A DNA stretch of 63,142 nucleotides, counting the filler, from Octopus bimaculoides (Eukaryota), in the NCBI RefSeq assembly GCF_001194135.2. It is 4 parts of 4 records of this genome, joined end to end, with 100 filler letters (N's around TTAATTAATTAA, not from the genome) between each part and the next. Parts side by side here need not be neighbours in the genome. Positions count along the whole stretch, not along the records: positions 1 to 13,289 come from NC_068989.1; positions 13,390 to 39,599 come from NC_068982.1; 2 more parts are not named here. One strand, written 5' to 3'. Numbering within the stretch: position 1 is the stretch's first letter; each line of letters opens with the position of its first letter. Below, in pieces: positions 12,368 through 25,342 of this stretch. The notes under the pieces are model-generated. The model searched no databases. It worked only from the letters and a program-made list of their open reading frames with translations, and was not told the DNA's origin. The position numbers and the translations under genes are program-made.

Positions 12368-12400
12368 AGAAAGAGAGAGAGAGAGAGAGAGAGAAAGGGA
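11641..12400. repeat. (GA)n-rich polypurine tracts spanning an N gap
   Basis: Direct reading. Confidence 0.95.
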
Positions 12401-13333
12401 GATGGGGAGAGAGAACATCATTCAATTACTTCATTCTAAATTCAAATTTTTTGTTCTGCTACAGGTTTTTCATGAGAGAGAATAGGATGGCTTAAGTTCG
12501 AAAGAAATCTTACTTTTATTTCTGAATACACACCTCATACATTCCTCCCTGTAATATTGCAAGATGATACGTATCGTTTTGTAGTTCTTCGTTTTCTAGT
12601 TTCTGAATACAAGACGAACAAATACAAGCAACTCAGGCACACACATATACACAAGTACATGTTAACCACACGACCATGCATGATACCATATTTCTATTTT
12701 ACGTGCGCATGACGAAGTAGTGTTTGTGACCCTCCCCACTCTTCATTGGTTTACTATTTCATTGACATATACTTGGAAAGGCCCTGTCTGATCTACATTA
12801 TATATATTCCTCAAAATTACGACGGGCTTCAGAGCTGTTTCCGTTCTGTCACACTGCATCCACAAAGTTTTGTTTTAAAAAGACCTATGATAAAAGACAA
12901 CTTCTAACGGTGCCCATTAGTGGCAACAATGTTATAAGGACGAGGATGCGAAATGAACTTTTTAAACGTGTGGTCATGTCATGTGAATGTCGTACGCATA
13001 AAATGTAGCCCTAATAATATTCTACCTGATCTTAAATAAATGCCACAGTTTGTCACGACCGGGATGCATTCAATCGTAGATCTGTTGAATAGAGACGGAA
13101 CAATATCAGTGAAAACAACAATATTGTCTGTTATGAATAGTACCTGAAGTATAGAACTTCATTATTTGGGTATTCAGAGGCTTTAATACATAAATACAGA
13201 ACCTTATGAATGCAGGGTGCGGTTTTGCTGTTTAGAGAGAAGCATATACATATATACATACATACGTACATATATACACATAATAAAGTNNNNNNNNNNN
13301 NNNNNNNNNNNNNNNNNNNNNNNNNNNNNNNNN

Positions 13334-13345
13334 TTAATTAATTAA
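13334..13345. other. Assembly linker TTAATTAATTAA (six-frame stop) inside a 100-bp gap
   Basis: Flanked by 44 N on each side. The identical construct occurs at 39644 and 61227. Confidence 0.95.
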
Positions 13346-13389
13346 NNNNNNNNNNNNNNNNNNNNNNNNNNNNNNNNNNNNNNNNNNNN

Positions 13390-13440
<51 letters not shown>

Positions 13441-14035
13441 TATACATATAGATACATATATTTATACACATAGATTGATGGGTGAGATGGTTGGGGCTGA
13501 TTGAGTGACAGAGAACGAATCTAAGAGAGGAAGGCAGATAGATAGATCCGAAAAAGATATTGAAAATGAGTGACAATGAACAAAATAGCGACATCTTCAC
13601 AGTATGCATCAGTGAAAATATAGTGACAATATATTAGTGTACTGTCAGCAGTAAATCAACTTCATTGACATAAAAGAACACGAAATCCGCCGTAGTGTGT
13701 ATTTCGGCGTGTATATAGTGCTTGCTTGTACTTTCGTGCGTTGAGGAATGCATACATGTTGGTGATTATTCACCAACAGGTTAATTCGTACAATTACTTA
13801 TGTTTACAATGTGTCTACGTGACTGGCCGTTCGATATGTGCATCCGTGTCGGGGAATACGACAGTATAAGTAACTTGTAGATTCCATTGAAAAATCTAGG
13901 CCTGCGAATATTTGTATGCATGCACGCGTTTGTGTTTACTTGTCTGTCTGTATTTTGAACTGCGACTATTTGAACCGGTGGCGCTGTGTGTGTTTGTGTG
14001 AGAACATGTGAGAAAGTATGTGTTTGTTTATATTA

Positions 14036-14451
14036 TGCTCTTTTATTTGTTTCGGTCATTTGACTGTGGCTATGCTGGAGCACCACCTTTAGTCGAAGAA
14101 ATCGACTGCAGAACTTATTCTTTGTAAGACTAGTACTTACTCTGTCGGTCCTTTTTTGCCGCACTGCTATGTTACGGGGACGTAAACACGCCAACGTTGG
14201 TTGTCTAGCGATGGTGGAGGAACAAACACAGACACTCAAATAGATACACACGTGTGTGTGTGTGTGTGTGTGTGTGTGCATATATATTCGACGGGCTTCT
14301 TTCAGTTTCCGTCTACCAAATCCACTCACAAGGCTTTGGTCGATCCGAGACTATAGCAGATGACACTTGCCCAAAGTGCCACGCAGTGGGACTGAACCCA
14401 GAACCATGTGGTTGGGAAGCAAGCTTCTTACCACACAGCCACTCCTCTGCC
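14036..14451 (-). mobile_element. CORE-like tRNA SINE, full-length (tandem copy 1)
   Basis: Tail, (GT)n and head all present and homologous to 14466-14853. Confidence 0.95.
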
Positions 14452-14465
14452 TATATTTTTTTGTT

Positions 14466-14853
14466 TCTTTTATTCTTTGTTTCAGTCATTTGACTGTGGC
14501 CATGCTGGAGCACCACTTTTAGTCGAGCAAATCGAACCCAGGACTTATTCTTTGGAAGCTTAGTACTTATTCTATCGGTCTCTTTTGCCGAACCGCTAAG
14601 TTACGGGGACATAAACACACCAGCATCGGTTGTCAAGCGATGTTGAGGAGGACAAACACAGACACATACATATATATATATACATATATACGACGGGCTT
14701 CTTTCAGTTTCCGTCTACCAAATCCACTCACAAGGCTTTGGTCGGCCCGAGGCTATAGTAGAAGACACTTGCCCAAAGTGCCACGCAGTGGGACTGAACC
14801 CGGAACCATGTGGTTGGTAAGCAAGCTACTTACCACACAGCCACTCCTGCGCC
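14466..14853 (-). mobile_element. CORE-like tRNA SINE, full-length and well preserved (tandem copy 2)
   Basis: Ends CCACACAGCCACTCCTGCGCC, and is closely similar to 53982-54447. Confidence 0.95.
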
Positions 14854-15610
14854 TATACAACATTTATCTAATGTGTTCTTTTTTTTCTTCTCATAAGTCA
14901 GTAGAGTGTGATTTCATCGAGGTTTGACTGCTTTTTTGCACATTGCAGTAGACTCACACTGGCTCCAGTACTAACAGAAGCTCCTCCATTGACGGTTTCC
15001 CGTGTTACGGGGTTCAATCATAATCATTGACCTGGCTTATTCTATGGCCCATATATTTAGCTTTATTGCAAAGTGCTGTTCCAATACTGCATTTCTCCAT
15101 CTTATGAAATTCTATTATCTAAACTAAGTTATTTAATCGATACTCGGAATTAACCGCATTTTCTATCTTCAATCCTTATTTTTTGTATCGTTTTTTTTTT
15201 TTACAGTGATAATAAATACTTTCGGTGCGAAATTCATAGTTACGTAAAGCAACAGTCCATAGTCACGTGCTGTCATTGCGTATACAGTCGGGTACGCAAT
15301 ACGAACGTTTCTCTATATAAACAAATTGAATAACGAACAGTTTTTTTTCTTAGTAAAATTAAACTCGAGCTGAAATTTGATAATGAAAAACGAGCTGACT
15401 ACGGGTATACGTGAGTGAGAACCTATTCATTTAGCGGACAAAATGTCAACAGCAAGCCACGAGATGACTAAGCAGGCGTATAAGTGCTAGGAGAGCATAT
15501 ACGAATGCTTTATTTTTGTGCTTTTCTTTTTCTGAAAAGAGATGTCCATGTACGTATTTCATGTAGCTTGCAAATATTTATATACTCTTTGGAAAATAAT
15601 GTTTCTCACT

Positions 15611-15656
15611 TGACGCGTAATCACAGAGATGTGAGTTCGAGCCTCATGGCTGGCCA
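15611..15656 (+). pseudogene. 3' half of a tRNA-like sequence
   Basis: Canonical T arm GTGAG-TTCGAGC-CTCAT followed by GGCTGGCCA. No D arm or 5' acceptor strand. Confidence 0.3.
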
Positions 15657-15839
15657 GTAACGTATTTTTCTACAATAAATGGATAATTTATCCTGATCAC
15701 GCTATTTATAGCATTATCACGCGTTTGAGAAATAAAATTATTTCTGTATCTTACAATACACCTCAGCGCTTCTAAAAAAGAACAAACTTTCTTTGTTTAC
15801 GTTCATCGTAAAGTTGAATTTAATGTTTCTCATATTTTT

Positions 15840-16160
15840 GGCTACTGAACTTGAAGGGCTGGAAGTGCTACCTCACCTTGCCCAAAGTCAAGCCCGTGCA
15901 CCATCAAAATACTTCCTTTTCCGAACCATGACTAATTTCTTGCGTGGACGGAGGTTCAACAATGTGGACTAGGTTGAAAACGGATGTAGGGAGATTTTGC
16001 TTCTAAACCATTCAAATGGTATAAGCGGGGAACTGAGCATCTGATACAACAGACAATAGAGGGAAATGAGATATATTTCAATGGCTAAACGCTTTTCGTG
16101 TGTTGTTGCAAATAATAAGTAAAGCTTGAAATACAAAAAAAGCTTATGACTCAGTTTGGT
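15840..16160 (+). mobile_element. Mariner transposase 3' fragment with a degenerate right end
   Basis: ELEGLEVLPHLAQSQARAPSKYFLFRTMTNFLRGRRFNNVD*VENGCRE resembles ELGWEVLPHPPYSPDLAPSDYHLFRS. SKPFKWYKRG follows after a frameshift. Confidence 0.8.
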
Positions 16161-16214
16161 ATACATACATACATACATACATATTTGTGTGTGTGTATGT
16201 ATGTGTGTATATAT

Positions 16215-16272
<58 letters not shown>

Positions 16273-17315
16273 NNNNNNNNNNNNNNNNNNNNNNNNNNNN
16301 NNNNNNNNNNNNNNNNNNNNNNNNNNNNNNNNNNNNNNNNNNNNNNNNNNNNNNNNNNNNNNNNNNNNNNNNNNNNNNNNNNNNNNNNNNNNNNNNNNNN
16401 NNNNNNNNNNNNNNNNNNNNNNNNNNNNNNNNNNNNNNNNNNNNNNNNNNNNNNNNNNNNNNNNNNNNNNNNNNNNNNNNNNNNNNNNNNNNNNNNNNNN
16501 NNNNNNNNNNNNNNNNNNNNNNNNNNNNNNNNNNNNNNNNNNNNNNNNNNNNNNNNNNNNNNNNNNNNNNNNNNNNNNNNNNNNNNNNNNNNNNNNNNNN
16601 NNNNNNNNNNNNNNNNNNNNNNNNNNNNNNNNNNNNNNNNNNNNNNNNNNNNNNNNNNNNNNNNNNNNNNNNNNNNNNNNNNNNNNNNNNNNNNNNNNNN
16701 NNNNNNNNNNNNNNNNNNNNNNNNNNNNNNNNNNNNNNNNNNNNNNNNNNNNNNNNNNNNNNNNNNNNNNNNNNNNNNNNNNNNNNNCTCTCTCTCTCTC
16801 TCTCTCTCTCTTACACATACATAATTCACAGATGAGATCCAGAGATTCTCCGTATAGAAGACACTACTAAGTGCTAAAAAGATTCTATTGTGTCGACGCC
16901 CCCAAGCGAAGAAGTAGGATCACCCAAGACATATAAATAGAGGTAGTCTAGCCGTGGTAGAGGAGTTGAGTGACAGTTCAGTAGCTGTCGAGTAGAGATC
17001 GTCCGAAGGTGCTAGGTAGCAGTAGCTTGAGACATAACAGATTCAAACTTAGACTCCGATGTCTTCACGGGGGATCATTCCACGAGGTAAAGAAAGGCTA
17101 TAAGAAGGATCAAATTGAGCAGGTATAGAGGCAATAATGTGGATAAACAAATAAGACTCATCAAATATATTAAATATTTTAAATGCATCAAATACAAAAT
17201 ATGTATACATGTATATATGCAAAACAAGAGAGTAAAAGGTGGAAACTTTCAGATAATGTAATTTTATGTATAAATTACTAGATCCAACTTAAACAGAGTA
17301 CAAACAACAAAGAAT

Positions 17316-17348
<33 letters not shown>

Positions 17349-17531
17349 TTCACACATACATATGTGTTTATGTATTTGTTCCTGATAGATGGACAAATAC
17401 AGCATCATATCATGCTTTTCCTCCTCATGTAACGAACAATTTGCTTAACGAACAGAGATACAGAATGGATCATATTCGCATATAGAGACCTCACTGTAAT
17501 CTGTGCTAATATTTAAGAAAACCTACCCAAT

Positions 17532-17867
17532 GGCACAGGCATGGCTTGTGGTAAGAAGTTTGTTTCCCGACCACATGGTTCTGAGTTCAGTCCCACTGCG
17601 AAGCACCTTAGGCAAGTGTTTTCTACTATAGCCTCATGCAGAGGCACCGCCTTGAGGGGCTTAGCTGAACGACTTGACACCAGTACGTATTTTTGTAAAT
17701 CTGCTACTTGTTCTCTTGTCTGTTTTGCCGAACTGCCTAAGTCAAAAGGCTCTGTTCGGCCCGAGGCTATAGTAAAAGACACTTACTCGAGGTGCCGCGC
17801 AGTGGGACTGAACCCCGGACCATGTGGTTGGGAAGTAAATTTCTTACCACAATGCCATGTCTGCACC
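17532..17867. mobile_element. Two CORE-like SINE heads in inverted orientation
   Basis: Plus head at 17532-17635 and minus head at 17763-17867. The spacer is a reversed SINE tail fragment. Confidence 0.9.
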
Positions 17868-19673
17868 TATGCACACACACACACACACAANNNNNNNNNN
17901 NNNNNNNNNNNNNNNNNNNNNNNNNNNNNNNNNNNNNNNNNNNNNNNNNNNNNNNNNNNNNNNNNNNNNNNNNNNNNNNNNNNNNNNNNNNNNNNNNNNN
18001 NNNNNNNNNNNNNNNNNNNNNNNNNNNNNNNNNNNNNNNNNNNACACACACACACACACACACATATATATTATACACGCATACATGCACACACTGAATC
18101 CACATAGTTCCAATTTTTACTTAAAACACGGTATTTTAAATTCTGTCTGCTGTCCTTTCTGATGTTATAAACTATAAAATATTTTCAAATGAAACGGATA
18201 ATTTTATGTTTTCAAAAATACAGTTAATTTAAATTTTAATGTATTTTCATTTAAATTTATTTTAGAATTTTTTTTCACTTCATTTAATCGAAATAATAAA
18301 AGCAACATTAATTTAGATTTAATCTTTTCATTTTATATCCTGTGGCATTTAAAGTTATTTGTATATACCATACTTGAGTATAATTTAACTAAAACACAAC
18401 AGAAATCAGAGATATTCATTTAGCGTTTATCAGAACGTTGATATCTTTTCTACTGAAGTTTTTAATTTTGAAAACCTTTAAGTTTATTCTTTGAATACTT
18501 ATCGCCCTATCGCCTTAATTTATTTATTCTATACTCTCTTTTCATAGGGAAATAGACAGACGATATATTCTAAAATTTATATGAATTTTCATTATAGATA
18601 TAGGTTATATAGTTTTGTACTTTTAAATTATTTTCTTTATATCAAACAAAATAGACTAAATATACCTTTTAATATTGACATAAATTTATATTCAGTATTT
18701 AGGCTTCGTAGTTTATCTACATCAGATAAATATTCATTTTAATACATTTTAGGCATCCATTTAAAAAAATAAGGGTTTTTTTTTTCTTTTAGCAACTTAA
18801 TACTTCCGCAAATTTTGTACGCATTTTTAATTAAAAGTAATCCGATCTAAAAATATCACTTTCAGACTAGTGCATAGTTTATTCACTATCTCTGTACAGT
18901 TCAGACTAGATGATTCGATTTCGCTTCGGTGGTGATACTAGTAAATAACATTGAGAAACAGCAACAACGGTGAAATACGTATCTGTTGCTCGCACGGTCC
19001 TTTCTAAGGTGATTTAGTTTCGCCTAGCTTTGAAGTATATTTCGTTTTTTTTTTTAACACAATAACTCTATAAATGGATTTTTCACGGATTTTAACCGCA
19101 GCCTCTGGCTTTTCAACTACATATATACGTTATGTATTTTGTATGGTAAAGTTTATATTATGAAAAAAATTTGTAGACGTTATTTTGAAATAGTTCACGA
19201 TTCGATTTTTAATACCATCTTTCATCAGTTCTCATTCGGTAATATTCGTTACTGACGAATCAAATCATTTTCACATCATGGACTTTGTATTCCTTAAATT
19301 CCTAAATCGCTAGAATAATTACTTAATGAGCCTGCTTGTTTGTGTGTGCACGCACGAGCGTGTAGTGTTCTGATCGATTGAATTCTGAAACTCCAACATT
19401 TTAATCAGCGCAAAGTACTCCAGTTCCAGATAAGCTGCATTGGAGGGAGACAAAGTTCGAGCGAATTTCGAAGGAGTGCACTTATATATGTTACATATAT
19501 CCTGTAACTATATGTAACACCTGGAATAAATGTCTTCATTACACCTATAATTGTCTTTTCCATCCTTCCTATATGTGTGATTATGTGTGTGTGTGTGAGT
19601 AAATGTGTGTGTGCGTGTGTATAGAGAGAGTGAGCTAAATAGTTAGATGGACAGACAGACAGACAGACAGACA

Positions 19674-19716
<43 letters not shown>

Positions 19717-19732
19717 TAGATAGATAGATAGG

Positions 19733-19785
<53 letters not shown>

Positions 19786-20294
19786 GTGTGAGTGCATACC
19801 TATACAGGTGTCTGTACGCCGCTAAGTATTTATGCATGCATGTATACATGTATGTATTCATATTATGTATAATTATAGAGGGTGGATCAAAAATTGCATA
19901 CTTTTAAGCAATCTTAAACTTACACATATTTGTAAATTAATTTTTGATAGAATAAACACATATTTGAATAGCCGAATAAATATATATATATTTGAATAAA
20001 GAATAAATACATTTTTGAAGCAATCTGTGTTCCTCGGATCTTTCGCACTTAATATTTCTCATGACATTTCTAGGTATACACAAGGACATATTTCAGAGTC
20101 AAATATTCTATATCTCGTGTGCCATCTCTGTATATATTCAGATGCCCATCCAATGTTTGGTGAGGAGACACTCCAGTGAAGGCGATATCTTTAGTTGTTC
20201 GATTAACAGATTCAACGGATTGATGGCGTGATCTTTGCATCGATTGTAGCCTTTTTTGCCTGTAGCTCATCTGATATTTTAGAAAGAGATTAAA

Positions 20295-20505
20295 GCGGTG
20301 AGCTGGCAGAATTGTTAACACAACAGTCAAAAGGCTGAGTGGTATTTCGTCCGACTCTACGCACTGAGTTCAAATTCCGCCGAGGTTTACTTTGGTTTTT
20401 ATTCTTTCGGCGTCGATAAAATAAATACCAGTTGAGTACTGGTGTCGATTTAATCGACTTAGACTCTCCAGCAAAACTTCTGACCTCGTGCCAAACTTTG
20501 AACCC
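20295..20505 (+). mobile_element. tRNA SINE with a Meta-domain-like core
   Basis: GCGGTGAGCTGGCAGAA...CTGAGTTCAAATTCCGCCGAGG...TCTTTCGGCGTCGATAAAATAAATACCAG. The domain name is from recall. Confidence 0.85.
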
Positions 20506-20661
20506 GATATTTTAGAAAGGAATAGTATAGGTCTTAATCATGAGAGACTGAAGAATGGACTTTTAAGCTCGAGGAATGGTCTGCAAGGTTACTATCCTCG
20601 TTTTAATTTTTGTTTTCCTTTCTTTTTTTTCTTCATTTCATCTGTTTATATGGAATAGGGT

Positions 20662-21041
20662 GGAGGCGCAATGGCCCAGTGGTTAGGGCAGCGGACTCGC
20701 GGTCATAGGATCGCGGTTTCGATTCCCAGACCGGGCGTTGTGAGTGTTTATTGAGCGAAAACACCTAAAAGCTCCACGAGGCTCCGGCAGGGTATGGTAG
20801 CGAACCCTGCTGTACTCTTTCACCACAACTTTCTCTCACTCTTACTTCCCGTTTCTGTTGTGCCTGTAGTTCAAAGAACAGCCTTGTCACACTGTGTCAC
20901 GCTGAATATCCCCGAGAACTACGTTAAGAGTACACGTGTCTGTGGAGTGCTCAGCCACTTGCACGTTAATTTCACGAGCATGTTGTTCCATTGATCGGAT
21001 CAACTGGAACCCTCCACGTCGTAAGCGACGGAGTGCCAACA
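20662..21041 (+). mobile_element. tRNA(Arg)-like SINE (OR-type), full-length
   Basis: A box TGGCCCAGTGG, B box GGTTTCGATTCC, tail ending GACGGAGTGCCAAC. Nearly identical to 31010-31392. Confidence 0.95.
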
Positions 21042-24000
21042 CGGAATAGGATTTCTTAGAACCGTATATATTATGATATATCACTCTCATAGGTGTTTCA
21101 AAGGACAGTGACTTAATGGACAGCCACCTTAGGTACCAAGAACTAATTACAGCCACTGTCTTACATTATTTAATTTCTCAATCGTTTTTGTAAACTCTCT
21201 CCTTGGTACTCAAGGAACAGGTCGTTAGTTGGTCAAAGTTATAAACACTAGTAAACCTGCTCAAAAAATGGATTTCCAGGGCATCAACATTACTGTGGAA
21301 CCTGTCGTAGTAAATGTATTCAGCTCCTTCTCACTCAACTAGCGACAGGTTGCTGACAGTTTGTAAATATGCGCATATTTTATAGTCATGAGAGTGTATC
21401 CCCCAACGCACTCCCACAGTGATAAGAACCCTCTTTTCGGGATATGTGTGTGTGTTTGTGTGTGCGCGTGCTTGTGTGTGCGTGCGCGCGTGTGTGCGTG
21501 TGCGTGTGTGTGTGTGTAATTGACAAAGTGCTTTTCTAGAAGACACTTTTCTTCAATTTTGTTATCAATTCCATCACCATTTTGGGGGAAAATTCTTTGG
21601 AAAATATATTGGTACCGCTAATCTTGCTTCTTATTTCTTCCAAGCACATTATGCGGACTATCATTTTTGCTCACATCACCCAATTTTTTTCTCTTAACTG
21701 CTTTAGATTTTCGCACAATCTATTATTGAACCATCAGTAATATCAGAAAATATCTGGATGGACGATATTATTCACCACTCAAGAAACAGCATTGCATTCA
21801 AAGAATGGATCATCTGAGATAACGTCGGTCCACAGTTTGCTATGTCATTTGATTACAATCAATAGCAATAATTTACTCAATTTCTAGGTACACAGAAACA
21901 TTTGCAATGGAGGATGGATACTTATGAGAAATTTCTTTTGTATGGTAAATTCAATAAGCCTCAGAACTTAGATAACATTTAAACATTTGTCAATGCACAA
22001 TGTATTAGTACTTCTGCTTTCCACCTGACATTTGAACCATCACACGATCCAATTATTTGGTAATGTATTTGTAAAAGTACATTACTGATTTCACTAAACT
22101 CACAAGTCCAGACTTGTTATATGCTTTTGTATTAAGTGCGTGGTTATAAAGTACGATTTAATAACTGTCTACTTGGATCCCGTGTCTGAGTCTTTAAATA
22201 ATTCATGATTTATCACCACACTCTTAAGATCGGTGTCTGTTTAGTATAGTTGGAAAAGAGCTATCCGGCATAATTTAGGTAGATCATTCCGAAATTTGAT
22301 TTTGTTTTCAGTTAGACGATTTGTTCTACAGGATATATATAAACTGCTGAGAAATGATATACCTATAGTCCCATGGCTCTTGTTCTTTCTAACTACATTG
22401 ACCCATTAAAGGTTCTTTCCTAGTTTCGATTCTCAGTACAAACAACTAATCTGTATCAGGTGAATGCCTGGAATTATTTTCTTCTGCTAAGATTAAAATA
22501 TCTGTATGAAGTAATCCTCTATTCTTACACCGATACACGATTTCTTTTCCTAGGTGATCCTCTTTAAGCAAATCATGAAGAAACTCCTTTAGCTTTTCAA
22601 GATAACTTTCTTGTCGTGATGTCTGGCCGATCGCTTGGGCTATCCTAATTTCTTTCCGTTTGGATTTGTTGTAAAGGAATAAAGATGCCCGGTTTTTCTA
22701 TAGTATCTAGCGATGCTCGTAGAATTTTGAAATACCTCCACATTTCAACTAGGTGATTCATGCAAATTCACTGCAATATGATTCACTTTTCTGCTATGAT
22801 TTCATCGTCTCCATCCACAGGATCCACAAGTCTTTATATTTGTCCGTATAAATAGCTCTATTTCTTTCTTTTTTTTATTTTCGTTATGTATACAACACAT
22901 CTTCGCTTTTTTTTTACCATAACAAAGTAACCAACTGCATATTGCTACTAAACTCACCTCGACTTCAGAATTGTATCAAGATCTGGTAAAGCCCAGTAAT
23001 GCTGCTATCCGTAGCAGTAGTAATATATGTTACTTCAGTAGTGAATGCGGCAGTAGTACTGTTTCGCTTTCATTTAATCGGACTGTAGTCATACGGTTTG
23101 TTTTAGCTGCCGGGCAGATGCTTTTCGGTTTTGCTTTCTTTGCATCAGGCTTCAATTAAACGGCTTCTGTTTAGCTGCCGGGTAAGTGTTTCTTTATCTT
23201 TCTCCTTTCACCTGCACGTTGATGTCATTTTCATTCAATAGTACTACTGGAGAAATCTGCATGTCACTTCTGATACTCATCATATTCGTTATGTATCTAT
23301 TTGTGTCAAAAGGAAACATGATTTCGCAATGAAGAACATTCCTAACTTCGCTCGAAACATCAAACTTTTTCTGCAGTAATACGACTACGAATATAAACAA
23401 CTATATCAAAGCTGTCTTTTTTCTTATTGAACGCAAAACCGCCACATCGTTTGCAATGATCATTATATAATACCCTTCAGGCTCATTATTTGGTTTCTTT
23501 TCAGCTCTCGTTGCCAATATAAGTTCATTCTGCTCGGTTAAGATTGATGTATCTGACGCATGGATTGACTCGATGTTAGCAATTTTGTAAGTTAACATTA
23601 CCTCAGTATTTAGATTGGACTCGTATAGCAGTTTGTTCACCGTCTTATAATGTGTCGTATGTAAAAATCTGAGTAAAGCTTGGTCGCTCGTTTTCGGTTG
23701 ACGTATGTGATCCATTTACGTGATAAATATTTCCTTAAAATTTCAATGAGGGGCTATAATTTCTATAGCTTGATTTTTGCCATTTTCTGACGCGTAGTGT
23801 AGACATCGGCATGGCATTGTTGTGCTCTCTCTCTCTCTCTCTCTCCCTCTCCCTCTCCCTCTCTATCTCTCTCTCTCTCAGCCCAGTAGTGGTTCAAGCT
23901 TAATATTACATTTAACGCACAGTTGTTTGTTACCTTATCTTGAAATGTTGCTTCATAAAAGCTACACCCGTCTCCATTGTTCTCGCCGAAAAGTTTTGGT

Positions 24001-25342
24001 TTTGGACAGCATGCTTAGAAAGTATTTGACAGTTATTGACCTTGACAATATTCTTAGAAAGAAACAAAATAAACAGCGGTAGCTATCTTTGTTTTATTTC
24101 AAGGTTTCCTCGAAGCAGTATTGAAGGATTACAATTTCTACTGGCTTTCGGGTGAGTTCTCCTTTCTGCTTCATTTCCATTTCAGCGGGCTCCTGACTTA
24201 CGATTTCTGTTAACTGCCTGGTGATTTTGCCTTCACGTTTTGTTTTCTTTCAATCAAGCTTCATTCATATGTTTTCTGTCAGCTTGTAGGTGAATGGTTC
24301 TTTAATTTTTGTCTTCATTTGCAAACTGATGCCGTTTCTTTCTTTGCTGCAACGTACTAAAAGCTGAAATTTTATCTGTTTGTTTTTTTTTTAATTACTT
24401 AAAAGAATTTTGAAAAGATTTATTTTGGGAAATTCTAGAAAGTAAGAAAACTTATCTGTTACAACGAACATTTCACTTAAGACTAAGAGACACTTTTCAT
24501 AGGTGCCACGATAAGGTATTAAAATTTTGTTTATATATATACATGAGTGCTCATTTATATATATATATATATATATATAAAACAGAGCTAATGATGAGGG
24601 AATATCAATATGGGCAAAATGCTTCATAAGCTCCCTGTTGGCATCCCAAGCTAACAATATAGTTTAGATTAGTGAAAAACTCCAACTATACATATTACAA
24701 GACTCCAGGTTATGATTCACTGCAATTCTATATTGTAAAGCCTGCACCTTTAATGTTTGTTTTTCTCTTCAAAATCCTAGCAGAATGCAGAATGCTATAT
24801 CGAAATCCATTGTTTCGTTTTGGGATGTAAAGTGTGTGTGTGTAAAATATACATGTAGAAGCGTTCATGCCATTTCCGCTCATTCATCCTTTGGATTGTC
24901 ACCATTTCCTCTGGAGACTGTTTTATTTGTTTGCGACCAAATTAACTTTTCTACGCTCTCTTTATGCAGGAAATTCAAGGTATATATCCTCACTTAGACC
25001 TTCGACTGAATTATAAACTTCTTATTTATATTACTTGTCTTCTTTCTTTCCAGGTGATGATATGAACCGTATTCCGATAGCGTGTTTACACGTGTTTTCA
25101 GATTGCAAACCACTACGAACATTTCTACTTCATTAATTACAAGAAGTGAAAATCAATAAATTTTACAAGTTTTACTTACACAGTGATTCAGTATTTTCGA
25201 CATTCGGTTTATTTGATTCACTATTTTTAATCAGCATTATTATATATTTATAGGACCATCAAAATTAATCTTCTCTAATATAAAATATTCCAGTATTTGT
25301 TAAAGTTATTATCATTTTTATTATTATTGTTGTTGTTGTTAG

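Noticed and set aside
13290-13389. Thrice-repeated palindrome TTAATTAATTAA
   Set aside because: Always centred in 44N+12+44N, so it is an artificial scaffolding linker.
13757-13778. Perfect 9-bp hairpin TGTTGGTGA-TTAT-TCACCAACA
   Set aside because: Too short and without context; compatible with chance in 63 kb.
15860-15975. Apparent minus-strand exon with good AG and GTGAG signals
   Set aside because: Stops occur in all three frames, and the plus strand explains it as mariner transposase.
16840-17150. Solo-LTR-like stretch with TATAAATAG
   Set aside because: No TG..CA termini, TSD, PBS or second copy could be identified.
18100-18900. Very AT-rich tract (possible matrix-attachment region)
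   Set aside because: Composition alone is not evidence in an AT-rich genome.
20662-20740. tRNA-Arg-like sequences (also 31010, 53710 and others)
   Set aside because: They continue into SINE bodies and lack a complete acceptor stem, so they are not tRNA genes.
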